A stretch of 64,000 nucleotides of DNA from positions 64,447-128,446 of IMG/VR virus record IMGVR_UViG_3300025151_004231; one strand, 5' to 3'. Position numbers and translations under genes: made by a program. This DNA comes from a virus. Below the pieces are notes generated by a model, which was given only the letters and a program-made list of their open reading frames with translations, did not search any database and was not told the DNA's origin. Shown piece after piece: positions 56,898-64,000 of this stretch; positions within the stretch are counted from its first letter, which is position 1; the number at the start of each line of letters is the position of its first letter.

Positions 56898-59800
56898 TTA
56901 TGCATATGTTGCGCCGACAGTATACCATTGTGACGAACTATGTGCAACAAATTGAATTTGTCCTAAAGGACTTATTGACATTGCTCCATTAGTTCCGTTA
57001 CCGTCAATCGCATCATTAGTTGCTGGATACACTTTTAATGTATCTGTTGCATCTAAGTTTTTAATGTATATGCATAAACCTGGAGTCGCATTCATCAATC
57101 TAACACCGTTGTCATTGCTAGGTGTTGTTACTGAGAATATATCTGCGCCACTTAGTGCCGCGGCGCTTCCTTGAGTTGTGCCACTTGCAGTGACTGTTGT
57201 TACGTCTTTAATAATGTGAGTCTGGTTAGTTATATTACCAGATACTGTTAAACTTGTTAGTGTGCCTACACTAGTAATATTAGGTTGTGTTGCTCCTGTA
57301 ATATCTAATGCTAATGCCGCACTCCCTGCTGATGTTGCGTATGTTGAGTTTGCAACAATTCCTGAAATGTTGGCTGCCACTACATTAGAGAGACCGCCAC
57401 CATCACCTGTAAATAACCCTGTGTTTGCTGTAAATGATTGTGCTGTTACGATGCCGTTAACACCTAATACTGACAGTGTACCTACTGAAGTAATGTTTGG
57501 TTGTGCTGAAGTAGTAACTGTTCCTGATGTTGTTGCTGAAGTGGCTGATGTTGCTAATGCTACTGTACCACTTACATTTGCACCTGCTACTGAATTTGCT
57601 ACTTGTGCGAAATCTACTTCGCCTGTAACTTGTTGTCCATCTATTGCTGTTAAGTTAGCGCCATCGCCTGATACGTATGTAAAGACACCACCAGTGCCCG
57701 ATACATTTCCTGCAGACACATTACCTGTAACAGATAATGACGATAACGTTCCAACACTAGTGATGTTAGATTGAGCGGCTCCCGATACAGTAGTAGCCAC
57801 TGTTGCCGTTGATACTGCTCCGGATACATTAGAACCTGCTACTGAGTTTGCAGTCCCCGCAAAGTCTACTTCGCCAGATACGTTTGCTCCGGCTACTGAA
57901 TTTGCTACTTGTGCAAAAGGAACTTCTCCTGTTACATTAGCACCTGCTACTGCATTTGCTGTTGTTGCAGTAGTTGCTAATGTTGCTAAAGGAACTTCAC
58001 TTACGTTTGCTCCTGTAATATTTGTTAATCCTGCACCATTTCCTATAAATGATCCACTACCACTAGCAATTGTAATATTACCTGCGTTAGTAATAAGATC
58101 ACTAGTAGTGTTAAGATTACCACTTAAGATTAATCCTGTTAATGTTCCTACTGATGTAATGTTTGGTTGTGCGTTAGTTGTTAGACTTCCTGCTACTATT
58201 GGAGCACTAAGTCCGCTACCTGCAATAATATGACCAGGAGCATTTAAGTTGCCTGATGTTTTATTGAATGTGAATCCTGCGTTACCAGCATATGTAGTGC
58301 CACCGTCGTTAAAGATAATTTCTGTATCTGAACCTTGTGCTGGTACTAAAGTTGCAGTGTCCCATGTTAAAGTACCAGAGCCATCTGTCATTAAGAATGC
58401 ACCATTGACACCACCTGTAACTGTTACGTTACTTACTGGTCCTAAGTTAGATGTGCTGTTAAAGTCTATATTGTTATCAAAACCACCTGATACAGACATT
58501 GACCCTGTTACTGCTACTTCTGTACCTGAATTGTTAACTTGTAATACGTTTGCTGTTCCACCAATTGTAACTCTGAATGGTCCGTTAGTATCAAGTCTTG
58601 CTTCACTTGTACCGTTTTCGATATAAGATCCTGTTGATACAGATATATTTGATAAGCCGCCACCATCACCAGTAAATACACCGGTTGTTGTCACATTGCC
58701 ACCACTAATATTGCCTGACACATCTAATGAACTTAATGTACCTACAGTTGTAATATTTGATTGTACAGCATCAACTACAGTATTTGCTGTACTTGCATGT
58801 GTTGCGTTTGCTACAGTACCTGATACATTAGCACCTGCTACTGCGTTAGCAGTTGCGGCAAATGCAACTTCACCCGTAACATTTGCGCCTGCAATTGAAT
58901 TAGCAATTGCGGCAAATGCAACTTCACCTGATACATTACTTCCTGCTACTGCGTTAGCAGTCGCCGCAAACGATACCTCACCAGTTACATTCGATCCTGC
59001 TACTGCATTTGCTGAGTCTGCTGATGTTGCATGTGTAGCATTTGCTACGACACCTGATACATTACTTCCTGCAACACTATTCGCAGTACTTGCAAATGCA
59101 ACTTCACCAGTTACGTTTGCACCTGCGACTGAATTGGCTACTTGTGCAAAAGCAACTTCTCCACTTACATTCGCTCCAGCAACTGAATTTGCTACTGCGG
59201 CAAATGCTACTTCGCCTGATATATTTCCTCCAGCAACACTATTTGCTGTAGCGGCGAATGCAACTTCACCAGAGACATTTGCTCCGGTAATTGAACTTAA
59301 ACTTGAACCGTTACCTAAGAAATAATTTGCTGTTACTGAATTACCTAAATCAGCACTTAATCCTGCACTCAAAAATCCTGTTACGGCAAGACTTGTAAGA
59401 GTACCGACTTGAGTGATGTTTGGTTGTGCGTTAGTTGTTACTGTACCTGCTGTAGTAGCAGTTGCTACTGTACCACTTACATTAGCGGCTACAATGTTTG
59501 ATAAACCACCGCCATCGCCAGTAAATAAACCTGTATTTGCAGTGAATGCTGGTGCTGTTATTGTTGATTGAACATCTAGTGTTGTTAAAGTTCCTACTGA
59601 TGTAATGTTTGGTTGTGCATTAGTATATACTGTTCCTGAAACTAATGCATTTCCTACTTGACCTGTTATATTAGATCCTACAAGTGCTGATAAGCCAGCA
59701 CCATTACCACTGACATTAGATGCCGCTACAGCACCTGTTAGGGTTATGTTGTTTGCATCTATGTTACCGTTTCCAGATGATGTATTTGCTAATACATATC

Positions 59801-60209
59801 CAAAATCACCTGACAAATTACCTATGACTGTATTACCTTGAACATTACCTGACACTACTACATCAGTAATATTTGCTATCGAATTAGGTAAATCAATGTA
59901 TAATGTTTGAGTAGAATCTGTGATAGTCGCAGTACCTGGGCCTGTACCCGGTGAACGACCTACTGATAAAGTTGTTGAAGAAAACTGAACACATGCAATG
60001 TTTGCACCTAATACAACGTTACCTACTGGGGAACCATTAACTAAATATACTCCGGGTCCTGCAGTTTTGTTGACTGATACTACTGCTTGGTCACCTAACC
60101 CCGCAAATACTTCTGTAAAATTTAACTGAACTTTTTCAAACGCCGATCGTATTGCATCTGCATCTGGATCGTCAGGGAATGCTCCGAAGTCAATATTTCT
60201 TTGTGCCAT
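56898..60209 (-). CDS. Tail fibre with tandem 18-aa repeats
   Basis: N-terminal D.IRSAF.KV..NF.E; repeats ANSVAGANVSGEVAFAAT and AQPNITSVGTL; GATAAATA at 60239-60232. Confidence 0.85.
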   Translation of the reverse strand: MAQRNIDFGAFPDDPDADAIRSAFEKVQLNFTEVFAGLGDQAVVSVNKTAGPGVYLVNGSPVGNVVLGANIACVQFSSTTLSVGRSPGTGPGTATITDSTQTLYIDLPNSIANITDVVVSGNVQGNTVIGNLSGDFGYVLANTSSGNGNIDANNITLTGAVAASNVSGNGAGLSALVGSNITGQVGNALVSGTVYTNAQPNITSVGTLTTLDVQSTITAPAFTANTGLFTGDGGGLSNIVAANVSGTVATATTAGTVTTNAQPNITQVGTLTSLAVTGFLSAGLSADLGNSVTANYFLGNGSSLSSITGANVSGEVAFAATANSVAGGNISGEVAFAAVANSVAGANVSGEVAFAQVANSVAGANVTGEVAFASTANSVAGSNVSGVVANATHATSADSANAVAGSNVTGEVSFAATANAVAGSNVSGEVAFAAIANSIAGANVTGEVAFAATANAVAGANVSGTVANATHASTANTVVDAVQSNITTVGTLSSLDVSGNISGGNVTTTGVFTGDGGGLSNISVSTGSYIENGTSEARLDTNGPFRVTIGGTANVLQVNNSGTEVAVTGSMSVSGGFDNNIDFNSTSNLGPVSNVTVTGGVNGAFLMTDGSGTLTWDTATLVPAQGSDTEIIFNDGGTTYAGNAGFTFNKTSGNLNAPGHIIAGSGLSAPIVAGSLTTNAQPNITSVGTLTGLILSGNLNTTSDLITNAGNITIASGSGSFIGNGAGLTNITGANVSEVPLATLATTATTANAVAGANVTGEVPFAQVANSVAGANVSGEVDFAGTANSVAGSNVSGAVSTATVATTVSGAAQSNITSVGTLSSLSVTGNVSAGNVSGTGGVFTYVSGDGANLTAIDGQQVTGEVDFAQVANSVAGANVSGTVALATSATSATTSGTVTTSAQPNITSVGTLSVLGVNGIVTAQSFTANTGLFTGDGGGLSNVVAANISGIVANSTYATSAGSAALALDITGATQPNITSVGTLTSLTVSGNITNQTHIIKDVTTVTASGTTQGSAAALSGADIFSVTTPSNDNGVRLMNATPGLCIYIKNLDATDTLKVYPATNDAIDGNGTNGAMSISPLGQIQFVAHSSSQWYTVGATYA
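58780..59300 (-). repeat. About 9 imperfect 54-bp tandem repeats in the tail fibre gene (second shorter block ~57570-57960)
   Basis: Repeated G(A/S/G)NV(S/T)GEVAFA(A/Q/S)(T/V)AN(S/A)VA. Confidence 0.85.
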
Positions 60210-60267
60210 AGTAATTCTATCCTAATATTAGTATTTATCAATCTTAGTTCTTATTACTTAGATAAAA

Positions 60268-60292
60268 AAATACCCGACTAAGCCGGGTATTT
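60268..60292 (-). terminator. Rho-independent terminator
   Basis: AAATACCCG-actaagc-CGGGTATTT followed by a T-run on the minus strand. Confidence 0.8.
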
Positions 60293-60316
60293 AAGTGGGT
60301 ACAACGAGTTTTCTTA

Positions 60317-63300
60317 TTATTTTAGACTATCTAATTTGTTTAAAATAGTTGCAAATCCGCTTGATGAAAGTACAGAACCTTCTTTAACAACGTCAGCACC
60401 ATTGTAGCCCATTCTGTCTTCTTGACCAGCAATGACTGGGATAGTTGTTTGTCCTGTTGACTTCTGTTTGTTAATTCCACCTGAGATAACTTTAGTCATA
60501 AAGTCAATGTCTTGTTCAAATGATGTTTCAGTACCGTTCTTGCCTGCATCATTAGCCCATTCGTCAACTTTTTCTTTTTCATCTTTAGAATCATCTTTAT
60601 CTTTAGAATCATCTTTTTTATCAGGATAGATATCCTTGAGATTTTTAGCAGTAATTTTTTTGCCTGAATCATCTTTTAGTTTATTAAACCATTTTTCTTC
60701 ATCTTCTGCTACTTTGAATTCTCTTTGATCATCAGTTTGCATTTCAGTGATTTCTTCGTTCTCACCATCGTTTATAGAGTCCTTAGGGGCATCCTCTGCG
60801 CCTTCTTTAGTTAAAAGTCTCTCATCATCATGTTGTGATAATGGCTGAGTAGGTTCTTCTGAAGTTTCTGCACCTACTTCTGCTAATAAGTCTAAAGTTC
60901 TAAGATTTTCTTCTAAAGAAACATGTCTGTCTTCTTTATCTCTCTTACCGAACTTACCATATGAATCATCTCTGCGATCTTTCATACTTTGTTTCTTATC
61001 AGATTCTTTACCTTTACGCATACCTAATGACTCATCTTCTTCGTCATCATAGCCTTGCTTTTCGTCTAACTGAGCAAGTTCGTCTAACTGAGATAAAGTT
61101 TCTTCTAAAGATTTTTCTCTATGTTCTTCATCTCTCTTACCGAACTTACCATATCTTTCATCTCTACGGTCTTTCATTGACTGCTTCTTGTCAGACTCTT
61201 TACCGTCTTTCATGCCTAATGACTCATCTTCTTTGTCATCATAGCCTTGACCTTCTTCCATATGGTGCTCATCTTTCCAGTCATCGTATTCTAAATCTTT
61301 AACGATGTCTTCACCATCTCTTCCTGGGTGCTTACGACCGTCGTACTTTGCGTGTCGTGCAACTTCTTTACCTGCACGTTCTGCATGATCGTCTCTTTCA
61401 GCATCAGATTCTTCGTCAATGCCTTTTTTAGCAACTGTAGATGCGTCCCAATCATACTTGTCGTATATTCCTGCATCTTTTTCTTGTTCTTCTAATGAAA
61501 CATCTCTGTGTTCTTCGTCACGTTTACCGAACTTACCGTAAGAGTCGTCTCTACGATCTTTCATTGATTGTTTTTTGTCAGACTCTTTGCCTGTACGCAT
61601 GCCTAATGACTCGTCTTCTTCGTCATCGTAGCCTTGCTTTTCTTCTAAATGTCCACCGTGTCTATGACCGAAGTCTCCACGTGAATCATCTCTGCGATCA
61701 GCATAAGATTGTTTCTTGCTAGATTCTTTGCCGTCTTTCATGCCGAGTTGTTCGTCTTCTCTATCGTTATAGCCTTGATCTTCGTATGCTTTGTCTCCAC
61801 AGCCTTCTTCCATGCTATGTCCGCCACCGCATTCGTCACATGATTCTTCGTCTACATCGACTACAACACCTGGTGCTTCTACTTCGTCTTCGTAATCACC
61901 GTCTACGTCTACAATACCCATTAACTTGAGCATGTCATCGTGTGAACTCATTGGTTGCTCACTTTGATCTGGGCTACCATAGAATGATACGTCTGCAACT
62001 TCACCGGGTGCATCTAAAACTTCTGCATCACCGTAGTTACCTAAGCCTACGTCTTTAACAAACTTGATTAACTTATCTGCTTCTGCATCAGTTGCATTAA
62101 CACTTACTCTGTCTGGCTGATTCATTTCGCCTTGAGTAATAGACATTGTATAGCCTTCGTCAAGTTGTTCTTTATTTGCTTCTTCTCTACTTTCTACTAA
62201 GTGTGAGTTTAATTCTTTTTCTAAAGACTCAAAAGTCCACTCATCTTCTTCTAATGTAGCGGCTTCTGATGTTTTTGTAAATGTTTTGTCTCCTACTGAG
62301 AACTTTTCGCCTTTGTCTGCTTTTGCTAGAGCACCTGTAAATGCATTACCTTCTTCAACATCGTCTTCATCAATGCCTTTACGTGCTACAGTTTGTGCGT
62401 CCCAGTCATATTTGTCATATGCACCGTCATCATCAGCACCAACGTCTCCGTCTGGTGAAGATTCTGCTTCGCCCATTGCACCGTAAGATGCCATAGTATC
62501 TACAACTTCATCTGCTGGTTCTTCAAAGATGCCGTCGCCTGTTAATTTATCACCTGCGATTCCACCTAGTGCCGCACCTGCTGCCTTACCTATAGTTGCT
62601 CCAGGAACACCACCGATTGAACCACCGATTGCTGTGCCTGCCATGCCACCTAGTTTAGATCCTGCAATTGCACCGCCGACTCCACCGAGTACGCCTTCGT
62701 CTACGTCTGCTTCTTCCATACCTACTATAGGATCATTTTTGATTCCCATGCCACATGCTTCATCAAGGCCTCTTTTATAGCCTTCATGGTATGCTTTAGC
62801 GCCTTCAGAACCTGCATCATGTGGACATGCATACGATCCTTTACATAAACCATGAGCATGACCCATGTGCTTTGCGGCCTTCAGAATGTGATCTGCGCCT
62901 TCTTTTAAGTTTTGTTTTGTATTTTTAATCATAGTATTAAGTTCTTGTTGGTTGCACTTAGGGTGCAGTTGTTGTATTTGTTGAGTAGTAAATCCTTCGT
63001 TACACATAGATTTCACTTTTGAAATGCTAGGTAATTTACTAGATTTGCTTACTTTACCTTTTGCTTTTTCTTTTACAAGTTGAGGAGTATCAGCATCATT
63101 GGCTGCCAATGCGGCATTTGCCGCGGCGTTGCCTTTTTCATCGTTAGATGAATTATGCGAACCGTCATCCGGTGGATTTTGAGCACCTTCAAATGTTAAA
63201 GGAGATGCTTGTCCTGGACCTTGTGGGGGCATTTCGCCCTCTTTCATCTTGCCTAATGTTTTAGCAAGATTTGCTTGTTTTTCTGTTTTTGCAGGGAAAT

Positions 63301-64000
63301 CATCTTTGTTTGCTAATACATGATTAGCAAATGCTTTAGTTGTCATTCCATGTCTTTTTGCTTTTGCTGAGAATGCGCCTGGGTCTTTGATAGCACCCGA
63401 GATCCAATCTTTTGCTTCTCTAACAGTATCTTCGTCTTTATCCATTACTTTGTCTAAGACTTTCTTTCCGCCGTATAGTAATGCTACTGCGGCTAATAAC
63501 GGAAGACCATATGTTGATGCTGTTCTTTTAACTGTATCGAATGCGGCATCACCTATTGCATTTCTAATCATTCCGCCGGCGCTGTCTCCCATCGATACTA
63601 GTCTATCAACTTGATCACTTGCAAATTCTTTACCTTTGTCTATTTGCTGGTTAAAATCATCAAACTTTTGTTCAATATTATCCATCTTTTCTTTAGTCCA
63701 CATCGCTCCGTCATAGCCTTGTTTCGCGGCCATACCGCCTACTGCATATTTTGCAGACTTTCCTGGATTTTTAACAATTGCCTTAGCGGCTGCTCCTGTG
63801 CCTTGTGCCCCTTTTTTTGCTCCCCAAGAAATCATTTGGGCGCCGCGTTTTGCTAACCAAGGTATAGCAACTCTAGCACCAGCAATTATTGCTGGAGCAA
63901 ATTCGTCAAGTTGTTCTGCTTCTTGCATTTCTTGACCGATTTGTAATTCGCCTTTATCGATTGCTTGTGACATTTGATTAGCAACTGCTGGATTGGTAAC
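60317..64000 (-). CDS. Large acidic modular repeat protein, probably internal head/core protein; 5' end beyond the window
   Basis: Frame stays open from 63973 to the window edge; glycine zipper, KDWISGAIKDPGAF module, four ~45-aa repeats. Confidence 0.8.
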   Translation of the reverse strand, partial: VTNPAVANQMSQAIDKGELQIGQEMQEAEQLDEFAPAIIAGARVAIPWLAKRGAQMISWGAKKGAQGTGAAAKAIVKNPGKSAKYAVGGMAAKQGYDGAMWTKEKMDNIEQKFDDFNQQIDKGKEFASDQVDRLVSMGDSAGGMIRNAIGDAAFDTVKRTASTYGLPLLAAVALLYGGKKVLDKVMDKDEDTVREAKDWISGAIKDPGAFSAKAKRHGMTTKAFANHVLANKDDFPAKTEKQANLAKTLGKMKEGEMPPQGPGQASPLTFEGAQNPPDDGSHNSSNDEKGNAAANAALAANDADTPQLVKEKAKGKVSKSSKLPSISKVKSMCNEGFTTQQIQQLHPKCNQQELNTMIKNTKQNLKEGADHILKAAKHMGHAHGLCKGSYACPHDAGSEGAKAYHEGYKRGLDEACGMGIKNDPIVGMEEADVDEGVLGGVGGAIAGSKLGGMAGTAIGGSIGGVPGATIGKAAGAALGGIAGDKLTGDGIFEEPADEVVDTMASYGAMGEAESSPDGDVGADDDGAYDKYDWDAQTVARKGIDEDDVEEGNAFTGALAKADKGEKFSVGDKTFTKTSEAATLEEDEWTFESLEKELNSHLVESREEANKEQLDEGYTMSITQGEMNQPDRVSVNATDAEADKLIKFVKDVGLGNYGDAEVLDAPGEVADVSFYGSPDQSEQPMSSHDDMLKLMGIVDVDGDYEDEVEAPGVVVDVDEESCDECGGGHSMEEGCGDKAYEDQGYNDREDEQLGMKDGKESSKKQSYADRRDDSRGDFGHRHGGHLEEKQGYDDEEDESLGMRTGKESDKKQSMKDRRDDSYGKFGKRDEEHRDVSLEEQEKDAGIYDKYDWDASTVAKKGIDEESDAERDDHAERAGKEVARHAKYDGRKHPGRDGEDIVKDLEYDDWKDEHHMEEGQGYDDKEDESLGMKDGKESDKKQSMKDRRDERYGKFGKRDEEHREKSLEETLSQLDELAQLDEKQGYDDEEDESLGMRKGKESDKKQSMKDRRDDSYGKFGKRDKEDRHVSLEENLRTLDLLAEVGAETSEEPTQPLSQHDDERLLTKEGAEDAPKDSINDGENEEITEMQTDDQREFKVAEDEEKWFNKLKDDSGKKITAKNLKDIYPDKKDDSKDKDDSKDEKEKVDEWANDAGKNGTETSFEQDIDFMTKVISGGINKQKSTGQTTIPVIAGQEDRMGYNGADVVKEGSVLSSSGFATILNKLDSLK
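60905..61785 (-). repeat. Four dispersed ~135-150 bp repeats encoding QGY(D/N)DxEDExLGMxxGKESxKKQSxxDRRD
   Basis: Near-identical nucleotide and protein copies; a second repeat YDKYDWDA..VA.KGIDE occurs twice. Confidence 0.85.

Noticed and set aside
57262-59325. Long plus-strand ORFs opposite the tail fibre (also 50184..50720 and similar)
   Set aside because: Antisense frames kept open by the repetitive codon usage of the real minus-strand genes.
60905-61785. CRISPR array or DGR template/variable repeat
   Set aside because: The repeats are long, in-frame and protein-coding with mainly synonymous differences; no cas or reverse transcriptase gene in the window.
1-64000. Stop-codon reassignment, tRNA genes or mobile elements
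   Set aside because: Genes are intact and tightly packed in the standard code with TAA, TGA and TAG stops; intergenic gaps are short and show no cloverleaf, transposase or integrase.

Overview
A 64-kb segment of a large, AT-rich, T4-like (myovirus/jumbo-type) dsDNA phage genome. It is densely coding in the standard genetic code, and almost all genes lie on the minus strand. From left to right: (1) a 7-deazaguanine DNA-modification locus (partial QueD, FolE, a DpdL-like T-fold protein, a DpdA-like transglycosylase) interleaved with GuaC, a glycosyltransferase, two HxGH nucleotidyltransferases and a sulfotransferase; (2) replication genes (sliding clamp, PolB); (3) a late-promoter enzyme cluster at 15.5-21 kb (di-iron ferritin-like protein, GATase, APS kinase-nucleotidyltransferase fusion, cupin, two sulfotransferase-like proteins, 2OG-Fe oxygenase, divergent methyltransferase); (4) about 20 kb of probable head-packaged proteins carrying T4-like capsid-targeting N-termini and recurring (L/I/V/M)-x-E module boundaries, with Dps, a radical SAM enzyme and an AsnB-like gene among them; (5) ClpA, DnaJ, PhoH, a PRMT-like methyltransferase, clamp loader, GroES and a DnaE fragment; (6) tail/baseplate genes, an M15 peptidase and a large repeat-containing acidic protein that runs off the right edge. 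Both sigma70-type and (G/T)ATAAATA late-type promoters are visible, many placed so that mRNAs would be leaderless. AGCT and GCWGC appear strongly avoided. No tRNA, rRNA, CRISPR array or mobile element was recognised. All protein calls come from motif recognition by eye, not database searches.
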